From: an uncultured Gemmatimonadales bacterium
GTDB taxonomy: Bacteria; Gemmatimonadota; Gemmatimonadetes; Gemmatimonadales; GWC2-71-9
Direction: 5' to 3'
Length of the DNA: 64,000 bases
Assembly (NCBI GenBank): GCA_963798915.1
Contig: CAWCVB010000002.1
Location: 544,001 to 608,000 of the forward strand
Shown here: positions 9,325-17,631 of the stretch, one piece after another
Position numbering within the stretch: the stretch's first letter is position 1
How the letters are laid out: the number at the start of each line of letters is the position of its first letter
The notes under the pieces: generated by a model
Database searches by the model: none
The model's input: only the letters and a program-made list of their open reading frames with translations
What the model was told of the DNA's origin: nothing
Made by a program: the position numbers and the translations under genes

Positions 9325-10433
9325 GCGCCCTCCCGCGGCGAAGGCGCCGCTTTCCTGACCTGCACCTTCGCGCCATCGCGCAGCAGTATTTGCCCGTCGG
9401 TCACCACCTGCGTACCGGGAGCGAGGTCGGCGGAAATGACGGCCAGACTGTCGTTGGTGCGCTGCACGGTGACCGGAACCATCGTCGCGGTGCTGTCCGG
9501 CTTGATGGCAAAGACGAATGTGCCCGATTGTCCCGAGACGACCGCCGGTGCCGGCACGGTCAGCGCGCTATCCTGCACGTACAGCCGGATCTTCACATTG
9601 ACGAACTCGCCTGGCCAGAGCGTGCCATCCTCATTGGGGAAACTGGCCTTGAGCAGAATGGTCCCGGTGGTCGTGTCCACGGCATTGTCAATGAAGGCAA
9701 ACGTGCCGGTGCTGGCTTCGCCGCCGGCGGTCGGCTCGACCCGGACCTGAAGCCGATCGTCTCGCCGCCGCTGCAGCTCAGCCAGGTTGCCGGCCGGGAC
9801 GGCGAATCGAGCGAGAATGGGCCGGATCTGGTTGATCGTCACCAGCGGTGATGGACTGGCCGCCCGGACCAGGTTGCCCTCGCGCACCAGCAGGCTCCCG
9901 GTCCGGCCACTGATTGGCGCTCGTATGGTGGCATACTGCAGGTTGAGTCGCGCCTCTTCTACGGCGGCTTCACTGGCAGCGAGCGTGGCGCCCGCCGCGA
10001 GCGCATCGGCCCGTGCCTGGTCACTCTGCTGCGCCGTCACGAATTCCTTCTCCGCCAGCGTCGCATATCGCTTGGCCTGCTGCTCCGTCTGTTCGGCGCG
10101 TGCCTTGGCGCCCGCCAGGTTGGCCTGGGCCTGCTGCAGGGAGGCCCGAAAGGGACGCGGGTCGATCTCGAACAGCACCTGCCCCTTCCGGACATTGTCG
10201 CCTTCGTGAAAAGCAACACGAACGATCTGGCCGCTCACCTGCGGTGCGACGGCCACCGACTGCACCGGCTCAATCGTGCCGGTGGCCGACAGCTCATAGG
10301 GGACCGACTGCCGCTTCACCGGGCCGATCGTCACGGGGGTGGGTGGCGCGGCGGGCGCCTTGGCGTCGCCGCATCCGCTGATCAGGAACACCAGGCTGGC
10401 GACGAATGAGGCGCGCAGGAATGGTTCAGTCAT
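9321..10433 (-). CDS. RND periplasmic adaptor (membrane fusion protein, MdtA-like)
   Basis: Lipobox-like ISGC, VRKGQVLFEIDPRP, IRAPISGRTG and VDTTTGTI. ATGA overlap with the permease. Confidence 0.93.
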   Translation of the reverse strand: MTEPFLRASFVASLVFLISGCGDAKAPAAPPTPVTIGPVKRQSVPYELSATGTIEPVQSVAVAPQVSGQIVRVAFHEGDNVRKGQVLFEIDPRPFRASLQQAQANLAGAKARAEQTEQQAKRYATLAEKEFVTAQQSDQARADALAAGATLAASEAAVEEARLNLQYATIRAPISGRTGSLLVREGNLVRAASPSPLVTINQIRPILARFAVPAGNLAELQRRRDDRLQVRVEPTAGGEASTGTFAFIDNAVDTTTGTILLKASFPNEDGTLWPGEFVNVKIRLYVQDSALTVPAPAVVSGQSGTFVFAIKPDSTATMVPVTVQRTNDSLAVISADLAPGTQVVTDGQILLRDGAKVQVRKAAPSPREGA

Positions 10434-11952
10434 CAGCGGGAGCCGTTGTCGTTGTGTCCGGAGTCAGGTGGAGCGAGCTGCCGCCCCTGGCATCGAGCAG
10501 GCCGGCATCCCGTGCCAGTTGTGCCAGCGAAACATTCCACTCGAGCCGTGCCTGGATGCGCTGCGCCCGAGCATCTGCCAGCGCGCTTTGGGCGGCAAGC
10601 AGGTCCAGCACGGTACCGACGCCTTCCTTGTATCGCGCCCGCGCCACCGCAGTGGACTGGTCCGCACTTGCCAGCAGGTCATCAGCGGTGCGGACCCGCC
10701 GGGTGGCAGTCTGGAGCGCGTAGTAGGAACTGAAGACCTCGTAGATCACCTGCTGGCGCAGGTTGATGCTCCGGGCGCGCGCGGCGTCGGCCGAATATTG
10801 TGCACCCTTGAGGTCGTACCGGCGAGACAATCCGCTGAAGATGGGAATGTTCAGGCCCAGGGAAATGCTGTAGTTGTCAGAGCCATCAGGGATGCTGGTC
10901 GCGTAGGTTCGCCCGCCATTGGCGCTCAGGCGAAGCTCCGGCAGCAACGCCGAGCGGACATCGCCCACTCGCGCGGCGGCGGCTTCGGCATCGGCACGGG
11001 CGGCTGCGAGGTCAGGGCGGCCGGCCACCGCGGCATCAATGAGCTGTTGCACGCTGTCGGCGAGCACGGCCACCGGGACATCCGCGGCGCTGGTGTCCAC
11101 GTCGTACGGCGCATTGGCCGGAAGTCCCAGGGCCAGCGCCAGGCCACCACGCGTGGTCGCCAGGGTGCCTTCCGTCGTCTGCAGCGTGAGCTGTGCCTGA
11201 CTCAGGGCAGTCCGGGCCTGCAGGACATCGGCGATCGTGGCCAGTCCCACCCGGCGTCGCTCCTCTGCGGCCGACAGATTGGTCCGGGCTTCCTCCAGCG
11301 AGGTCTGCTGTGCCTCCAGCAGGGCGCGGGTCGCCACATACTGGAAATAGCTCACCTCGATCTGCAGCACCGCAGACTGCAGGACCGCATTGTGAGTGTA
11401 GTCGGCGGCAATCAGCTGCTCCCTGGCAGAAGCGATCCGCCCGGTGCGGCCACCAAAGTCCAGGACCAGCCAGGACAACGAGGCGCTGGGAGCAAAGACC
11501 GATTGCTGCACAGCCGTACGTCCCTGACTGGCCGTGGTCTTCAGGCGGGTCGCGTTCACCTGGGCGTCGATTGTGGGAAGCCACTCGCCACGAGCCGAAC
11601 CGTATGCCGCGGCGGCAGCCCGAGCCTCGGCCCAGGATTGCCGGGTGGTCGTATTATTCCGGAGGCCAACGTCGATCAAATCGGCGAGCGTAAGATGGCG
11701 GGCCTGCTCGGCGATATCCGGCGGTAGCGCGATGGCGCTGCGGGCAGTGTCGCCAGCATTCCGCTGCGCCACCTGAAGCGGTGGTACCCATGGCTGGGCG
11801 GGCCCCGGTGCCGTCCCGGCCACTCCAGCTACCGACGGAGTCCCCACACACCCCGCTATAAGGAAAGCAAACGAGGCCTGCGCCAGGCGGGTCAGCACCC
11901 CGGGATCGGCGTGGACCCGGCGGTGCGTGCCCTCCGCCGGGACGAAACCCAT
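10426..11952 (-). CDS. TolC family outer-membrane efflux protein
   Basis: Lipobox IAGC, two OEP repeats, RYKEGVGTVLDLLAAQ. Overlaps the adaptor start. Confidence 0.9.
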   Translation of the reverse strand: MGFVPAEGTHRRVHADPGVLTRLAQASFAFLIAGCVGTPSVAGVAGTAPGPAQPWVPPLQVAQRNAGDTARSAIALPPDIAEQARHLTLADLIDVGLRNNTTTRQSWAEARAAAAAYGSARGEWLPTIDAQVNATRLKTTASQGRTAVQQSVFAPSASLSWLVLDFGGRTGRIASAREQLIAADYTHNAVLQSAVLQIEVSYFQYVATRALLEAQQTSLEEARTNLSAAEERRRVGLATIADVLQARTALSQAQLTLQTTEGTLATTRGGLALALGLPANAPYDVDTSAADVPVAVLADSVQQLIDAAVAGRPDLAAARADAEAAAARVGDVRSALLPELRLSANGGRTYATSIPDGSDNYSISLGLNIPIFSGLSRRYDLKGAQYSADAARARSINLRQQVIYEVFSSYYALQTATRRVRTADDLLASADQSTAVARARYKEGVGTVLDLLAAQSALADARAQRIQARLEWNVSLAQLARDAGLLDARGGSSLHLTPDTTTTAPADD

Positions 11953-12044
11953 GAGAGACTCCGAGAAGTGGACATCTACTGCTTACGGATGAGAGGGAAG
12001 AATTGTTGCCCTCGGCGGGAACGCCAACGCAGGCACGCGCCTGC

Positions 12045-13082
12045 TCAGGCGCCGCCGCTGCGAAGATAGACCATCCCGATGCCGACCAGATAGACGAGGA
12101 TCATCAGCAGGCTTCCTGGCTCAAGCAACGCGAAGCGCCGCCTGGAGCGATAGACAATGGCGGCGAGGCCCAGCCCCATGAGCACGATGCCGACCATGGC
12201 CGTGATGAGATGCACGGGACTGATGATACTGAGGACGGGGCCGCTGCCATGCGCCAGGTCCAGCGCCAGGAACATCACCATGTTCACCGCGTTGCTGCCA
12301 TAGAGATTTCCCACGGCCAGGTCGTAGGCCCCCAGACGCACGGCGGCAATGCAGGTCACCAGCTCCGGGAGCGAGGTGGCGAAGCCCACCAGCCAGGTGC
12401 CCATGAAGGTCGAGCCCAGACCGCTGAGCCGGGCGAGTTCCTTCGCAGTGATCGCGAACAGCGGCGCAAACAGGAGAATGAAAAGCGATCCGGCGGCAAA
12501 GCCGATGACGGCGCGTCGAAGGGAGGGGATGCCCGGGTCGGTGCCGGGTACTGCGGCGCTCTCGCGCTCGTAGCCTGTTGTCTCGACCACCTTGCCGACC
12601 TGCTGGGCCACGGAGCTGTTCCGGAACACGGCGCGCATGCCCAGCGCATACATCACCAGCAGCACCAGCGATCCGGGGCCCACGCCGCCGAGATTCACGT
12701 TGAGACGCAGCAGGACAAAGAGCGCGGCGGTCGCCGTGAGAATGATCGCGAAGCCGGCGGCGAGCGCGTTGTCCAGCGCCGCCTTCCGGAACAGCTCCGC
12801 GCGCGGCATCAGACTCACCAGGGCCAGGATCAGCATGTTGGCCATGGAGCTGCCGAAGAGGTCTCCGGCGGCAAGATCGGGGACGCCGAGCCGGACCGCT
12901 GCGATGTCGGTGGTCAGTTCGGGAAGCGACGTGGCCACGGCCAGGAACAGCGCACCAACCCAGAGACCGCCAAGCCGGGTGCGGGCCGCGATGATGTCGC
13001 CGTTCCTCGCGAGCTGCACGCCTGCCAGTACCACGGCCGTGGCGCTGGCAAGAAAGCCGAGGAATATCAGGAGGGCGTGCAA
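12045..13082 (-). CDS. Sodium/calcium (CaCA, YrbG-like) antiporter
   Basis: Two alpha-repeat pairs ATSLPE...GDLFGS and ATSLPE...GNLYGSN. About 10 TM helices. Confidence 0.88.
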   Translation of the reverse strand: MHALLIFLGFLASATAVVLAGVQLARNGDIIAARTRLGGLWVGALFLAVATSLPELTTDIAAVRLGVPDLAAGDLFGSSMANMLILALVSLMPRAELFRKAALDNALAAGFAIILTATAALFVLLRLNVNLGGVGPGSLVLLVMYALGMRAVFRNSSVAQQVGKVVETTGYERESAAVPGTDPGIPSLRRAVIGFAAGSLFILLFAPLFAITAKELARLSGLGSTFMGTWLVGFATSLPELVTCIAAVRLGAYDLAVGNLYGSNAVNMVMFLALDLAHGSGPVLSIISPVHLITAMVGIVLMGLGLAAIVYRSRRRFALLEPGSLLMILVYLVGIGMVYLRSGGA

Positions 13083-13088
13083 CTGCCG

Positions 13089-14879
13089 TTACCAGCTTCC
13101 GCCGCCGCCGCCGCCACCACCGCCGCCCACCGACCCGCCGCCTCCCGACCCCGAGCTTGACCCGGGCGACGATCCCATCGTCCGGGTGGCGGCGGTCTGA
13201 AAACCGCTGAGTCCGCTGCTGAAGTTGCCGACGTTGAACTGGCCAGTTCCCACGTACCAGTTGGGCGGTGCCGAGCGCAGCACGTCAGCAAACTGGCTGA
13301 CCCAGATATCGCTCACGTCGAGTGCCACGGCATATGGGAGCAATGCCGAGAACAATTCCGTGGTCCGTTCCGGCGCCTGCGAGAGCTCGATCTCCGACTT
13401 CTCGGCCCGCCTGATGTATTCCTCGAGTCCCTTGACCTCGCGCCACCGGCGCGCCCCTTCGGCCGTCTTGGCCGGCATCGCACCGCTGAAGGCGAGCACG
13501 ATGATCCCGACGGAGGCGAGTCCGGCGCCGAGGATGATGTTGCCGGTGGCGGCACCGAGCGGAATGGCCCCGACCGTGAGCAGCATCCCCAACGCGAGGT
13601 ACCCGTTGCGCACCGATGCGGGACTCTTGGGGAAGAGGCGCTGCGACACCAGGAAGTCGTACATGCCTTTTCTGATTCCCGGCAGGTGCGTGTAAAACTC
13701 GTTGTGCAGGTCAGTCATCCGGCGGGTGGTGGATCCCTCGAACACGCCGTCCAGCACGCTGAGCTCGTAGGGCACCAGGTCGCCTGGCAGGGGCTTGTCA
13801 GTACGGGCGAGTTCCCAATCCGTTCTGGAAATACCGAGTGAGCGCAGGGCCTTGGCCGCAAACGAGTTCTCACCCAGCGCGGCGACCAGTCCGTGGGCCG
13901 GCACCTCATTGATGGTCATGTAGCCACGCACTGCCAGATCCAGCAGCGTGGCCACCACATCATCCATGTCGGCTTTCTGGTCAGTGAGCACACCGGCGGC
14001 GCCGGGAGGCAGCCCGGCGGGCGGGTGCCAGTTGGGCATGATGCTGCCCGGGTCCGGCTCCCGGCCGCGGCGCTGCCAGCGCCCGAACATGAGCAGGAAC
14101 CCAAGCACCGGCAGCGCCACGGGCCACCAGAGGCTGCCCTGTTCGAGCAGTCGATCGGCGGCGGTAGGCTCGGGAATCACACCCTTGGGGAATGCCGCCA
14201 CCAGCGTCAGTCCTTCGCCAGGGTCGAGGCGGCCGGCGGCAAACTGATAGCGCCCGGGCTGGACCACCGCGGCGGTGCACTGCTCGTTACTGGAACTTTC
14301 GGCCCAGCCAGCATAACACCACGCCGACGTGCCGGCGGTGTCGCGTGGCAAGTGGCCCGCTAGCACCACTGTGGCTGAGGCGTGCAGGATCGGCACCGGC
14401 CACTCCGTGCCGGTGACCTGCCAGTAGAGCTCGTCGTGGTCGTCAAAGAAGCCGAGGCCGCGCTCCAGGTGATAGCGGATGAGGTAGGTCTGCACGCCGG
14501 TCACCAGCCGATCGGCGCGCCCGATGCGGATCCGCTTGCGCCTGCCGCCGTCGACCGTGAAGGGAATGGCGTGGCCTTCGGCGTCCGAGACTCCCCGGAC
14601 ATCAAGTCCCACCTCGACCGTGCCAGCGCGCAGCGGAATGCCGGCCTTGAGCACCTTGGCGTAGCGTACCGGGATTTCGCGGTAGATGCCGTGTTTCTGG
14701 AGTGCGCCGAAGTCAACGAGGATCCGCTCCGCCACGTCGATGGTACGATCCGCATTCACCTGGTAGCGCGCGTCGAATGACTGGACCGTCCAGCCGACAT
14801 CCTGGGCGAAAAGGCAAGTGGGCAGAAGGAGAATGAGGGTGACAATGACGAACCGCGGCAGCGTAACCGGCCGTGGCAT
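13089..14879 (-). CDS. DUF2207-like membrane protein
   Basis: Signal peptide, HGIYREIP, DELYWQVTG, LLPYAVAL and a Gly/Ser tail ending GGGGSW. TGATG overlap with lemA. Confidence 0.85.
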   Translation of the reverse strand: MPRPVTLPRFVIVTLILLLPTCLFAQDVGWTVQSFDARYQVNADRTIDVAERILVDFGALQKHGIYREIPVRYAKVLKAGIPLRAGTVEVGLDVRGVSDAEGHAIPFTVDGGRRKRIRIGRADRLVTGVQTYLIRYHLERGLGFFDDHDELYWQVTGTEWPVPILHASATVVLAGHLPRDTAGTSAWCYAGWAESSSNEQCTAAVVQPGRYQFAAGRLDPGEGLTLVAAFPKGVIPEPTAADRLLEQGSLWWPVALPVLGFLLMFGRWQRRGREPDPGSIMPNWHPPAGLPPGAAGVLTDQKADMDDVVATLLDLAVRGYMTINEVPAHGLVAALGENSFAAKALRSLGISRTDWELARTDKPLPGDLVPYELSVLDGVFEGSTTRRMTDLHNEFYTHLPGIRKGMYDFLVSQRLFPKSPASVRNGYLALGMLLTVGAIPLGAATGNIILGAGLASVGIIVLAFSGAMPAKTAEGARRWREVKGLEEYIRRAEKSEIELSQAPERTTELFSALLPYAVALDVSDIWVSQFADVLRSAPPNWYVGTGQFNVGNFSSGLSGFQTAATRTMGSSPGSSSGSGGGGSVGGGGGGGGGGSW

Positions 14880-15454
14880 CACTCGGCGGCTCCCAGGTTA
14901 GTCGCCGGCGCGTTGCGCTCGGCGATGTCCGACAGCTCGAAGTAGGCGCCGGCCTGAAATCCGAGCGCATTGGCAACGAGGAGAGTGGGGAAGGATTCCC
15001 GGAGGGTATTGAAGTCGCGGACCACGGCGTTGTAGTAGCGCCGAGCGCTGGCGATGTCGTTTTCGGTCTCGGCGAGCTGGCGCTGCAGGCTGAGCACCGT
15101 GTCGCTGGCCTTGAGCTCCGGATACGCTTCCGCCAGGGCGAGGAGCTGTCGGAGTCCACCGGTCAGTACATTCTCGGCGTGGGCCCTGCTGGTCGTGTCG
15201 CCGGGCCGGCCGCCGGCGCCGAGCGCTTCCTTCCGGGCGGAGGTCACGGCGGCAAGGGTACGCTGTTCGTGGCCCATATAGCCACGAACCGCCTCGACCA
15301 GATTGGGAATCAGATCGGTGCGGCGCTTGAGCAGGGCATCGATGCTGGCCCAGGCGGCGCGCATCCGGTTTCGCAGGGCCACCAGCCGGTTGAACGTCCA
15401 GGCAAACCAGCCCGCGACCAGGACGGCGAGGACCAGCACGATGATGGGAGGCAT
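14879..15454 (-). CDS. lemA: LemA family protein
   Basis: N-terminal TM, AWASIDALLKRRTDLIPNLV, AEAYPELKA and ARRYYNAVVRDFN. Start reassigned to ATG 15454. Confidence 0.93.
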   Translation of the reverse strand: MPPIIVLVLAVLVAGWFAWTFNRLVALRNRMRAAWASIDALLKRRTDLIPNLVEAVRGYMGHEQRTLAAVTSARKEALGAGGRPGDTTSRAHAENVLTGGLRQLLALAEAYPELKASDTVLSLQRQLAETENDIASARRYYNAVVRDFNTLRESFPTLLVANALGFQAGAYFELSDIAERNAPATNLGAAE

Positions 15455-15467
15455 GCGGGGAATATAA

Positions 15468-15663
15468 GTCGTCAGTCGTTGGTCGTCGGTCGTCATTGCG
15501 AGGAGGAGGCGTAGGGGCGAGGCTGGTCTCGCCCCGAGCCTCCGACGAAGCAATCTGGTTGGCTGAGACCGATGCGTACGCGACCCGATCGCTTCGGCCG
15601 CTTAGCGCCCTCGCGATGACGCATCAGTGACGACTGACGACTGACGACTGACGACCGACGACC
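15468..15663. repeat. Composite palindromic element: inverted heptamer arms enclosing a CGTC-tagged REP doublet with a nested GTAG REP
   Basis: Heptamer arms at 15468-15494 (GTCGTCA/G) and 15628-15663 (TGACGAC). CGTCATTGCGAGG..CGAAGCAATC...GATCGCTTCG..CCTCGCGATGACG spans 15491-15621. GTAGGGGCGAGGCTGGTCTCGCCCC at 15511-15535. Confidence 0.85.
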
Positions 15664-16154
15664 TACTTACTCGGATCATCCTCCGGATGCACGTAGGTCA
15701 GCTGGAACGGCCCCATCATATGCACTTGCACGATCGTCTCGCCCTGGGCCTGGACAAAGTGATTCACATGCGCAGGGGCGGTGATGAAGTCGCCGGGCTT
15801 CAGCACGGGGAGCATCACGTCCTTGGAAAACGTGTCGCCCAGCCCCACCAGCAGGTTGCCCTTCAGGACGGTGACGTGCTCATCGGTGGGGTGCCAGTGC
15901 GGCTTGATGACGTAATTGTTGGGAAACTTGAGCCGCACGGTCAGAACGCCGCTGGCCGCGGGATCGCCCTGCAGCACCACAATTTGTGCGCCGGAGGGGA
16001 AGATGGGTGGAGCGGGAGCCCAGGCCAGCTTGTCCGCCCGGCTGGCCGGGTCGGCATTGGCGTGGTCCGCGGACTGAGCCATCAGGCCTGGCGCGGCGGT
16101 GAACGTGGCAAGCGCGATCAGCCAGGCGCTGGAGTGGATGTGACGGGTACCCAT
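15663..16154 (-). CDS. Secreted cupin-domain protein
   Basis: Signal peptide, PHWHPTDEHVTVLKG and downstream His cupin motif. AAGGAGG RBS before ATG 16154. Confidence 0.85.
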   Translation of the reverse strand: MGTRHIHSSAWLIALATFTAAPGLMAQSADHANADPASRADKLAWAPAPPIFPSGAQIVVLQGDPAASGVLTVRLKFPNNYVIKPHWHPTDEHVTVLKGNLLVGLGDTFSKDVMLPVLKPGDFITAPAHVNHFVQAQGETIVQVHMMGPFQLTYVHPEDDPSK

Positions 16155-16381
16155 TGCAAGCCCTCCTTGGATGGAATCCATTCGATGTAGCTGATCCATA
16201 GATTTCGCAGATTGCGCAGGCATTATGAGCTATCCGTCCTGTCCGACTGTCCGTCTTCAAGAACATACGGGCAGCCCCGGGATCGTCCAGAGGAGGCCCC
16301 ACTGGCATATAGGCGTTTCGCGGAAATTGACGACAGCGGGAAGCGCCGTACGGGCGGGTCTGCGGCGGTCTGCGGCCGCCA

Positions 16382-16410
16382 GCTGAGAGCTGAGAGTTGA
16401 AGGCTGAAAG
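16382..16410 (+). repeat. Heptamer tandem array (GCTGAGA/GCTGAAG)
   Basis: GCTGAGA GCTGAGA GTTGAAG GCTGAAAG, inverted relative to 17601-17627. Confidence 0.75.
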
Positions 16411-16484
16411 GTGCGGCTTTGTCACCGGCGCAAAGCGAAGGGCGGAGCTTGTGACCGCGCTGGGCGTGCTTGTGCAGAGAGCAA

Positions 16485-16522
16485 CCTGTACGTATGTTGC
16501 TACGTAACTGTACGTACACAGG
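16485..16522. promoter_or_regulatory. Candidate vapBC autoregulatory operator
   Basis: Three TACGTA palindromes (16489, 16501, 16511) directly upstream of the AGGAG RBS of the antitoxin. Confidence 0.6.
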
Positions 16523-16531
16523 AGAAGTCCC

Positions 16532-16747
16532 ATGGCCCAATCCAAGGGCCGCCGCGCCGCGCGCGAAGGCAAAGTCCGCAAGGAATTCTGGCTTGACCCT
16601 GACCTCCTGGCCGAGGCGCAGGATGTCCTGGGCACGGCCACAGAGCGGGAAACCGTGGAAGCAGCCTTGGATCTCGTGGCCTTCAGGGGAGAGTTGGTGA
16701 CTGGCGTGCGAGCACTTCGTGGCATGAAGCTTCGGCGCATTGACTGA
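16532..16747 (+). CDS. vapB: VapB-type antitoxin
   Basis: 71 aa, LDPDLLAEAQDVLGTATERETVEAAL (RHH-like VapB pattern), upstream of a PIN gene. Confidence 0.75.
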   Translation: MAQSKGRRAAREGKVRKEFWLDPDLLAEAQDVLGTATERETVEAALDLVAFRGELVTGVRALRGMKLRRID

Positions 16748-16759
16748 CCGGCGGCTGCC

Positions 16760-17218
16760 GTGCGCAAGTTCGTGCTCGATACCAGCTGCTTCATTGAAGC
16801 CACCCTTGATGGTGGCGCGGCCGCTGCGCTTGAGGCGTTCAGCGTGGCCGTTGCGCCAGGCTTGTTCCTCAGTTCAGTCGTTGCCGCGGAACTCGGTGCA
16901 GGAACCCGCAGTCGGCGTGGTCGCGATCGGCTGGACAGGCTCGTCCTGCGACCGTATCTCCGTCGAGGACGCCTGATCACGCCGTCCGCCGCCTCATGGG
17001 ATGCGCTGGGCAGGACCCTCGCCGCTCTGGTTCAGCGCGAAGGCCTGGAGCTCCGGCGCGTACCTCGAAGCTTCATCTTCGATATCCTGATCGCGCATTC
17101 GTGCCGCGAGGCGGGTGCGACGCTCATTTCACCAAACGTACGTGACATGGAGAGAATCGGCCGGGTGTTTGACTTCGCGCATATGGAGCCGTACCCGGAG
17201 GTGAGGACTGACGGCTGA
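16760..17218 (+). CDS. vapC: PIN-domain toxin (VapC)
   Basis: VLDTS, VAAEL, FDILIA and SPNVRD acidic PIN residues. Confidence 0.88.
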   Translation: MRKFVLDTSCFIEATLDGGAAAALEAFSVAVAPGLFLSSVVAAELGAGTRSRRGRDRLDRLVLRPYLRRGRLITPSAASWDALGRTLAALVQREGLELRRVPRSFIFDILIAHSCREAGATLISPNVRDMERIGRVFDFAHMEPYPEVRTDG

Positions 17219-17600
17219 AGGATATCCGCGGCTAATAGCCGCGGCTCGGCGTTTGAAAGTCGCCGCGGGCGACCCTGGTACATGCGACTTAATTCTGAAG
17301 CCAGGCGTTGACTCGTTGATCATTCAGCGACCCGGCAGGGCCAGCGGCCTGTTTCCCAGGGTCAGCGGCGCGCCGACGTCCGGACGCTTTCGGGCTTGAT
17401 GCTCTTTCCCGACCGCGTTTCTTCCGAACGGCTGATTGGTAGCCGGAGCCAAGGGTCGACAGATATGCCGGTGGTAATGATGTGCTGGGTTGAGCCGTCC
17501 GAAGCGGACTGAGGGGCAACGAACCGGGCCCGAGTGCTTGGGCGGGCCGCAGGGCGCCCCGACAGGCGCCTCCTCGCCATGATGCGCGCCGCTAGCTTGG

Positions 17601-17627
17601 CTCAGCCTTCAGCCTTCAGCCTTCAGC
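17601..17627 (-). repeat. Heptamer tandem array (GCTGAAG on minus strand)
   Basis: CTCAGC(CTTCAGC)3, 4 nt after the stop codon of the 17632 gene. Confidence 0.85.
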
Positions 17628-17631
17628 CCCT

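Noticed and set aside
17271..17363. 6S RNA or c-di-AMP/c-di-GMP riboswitch
   Set aside because: Only short fragments resemble those motifs and there is no suitable downstream gene. Kept only as an unexplained tract.
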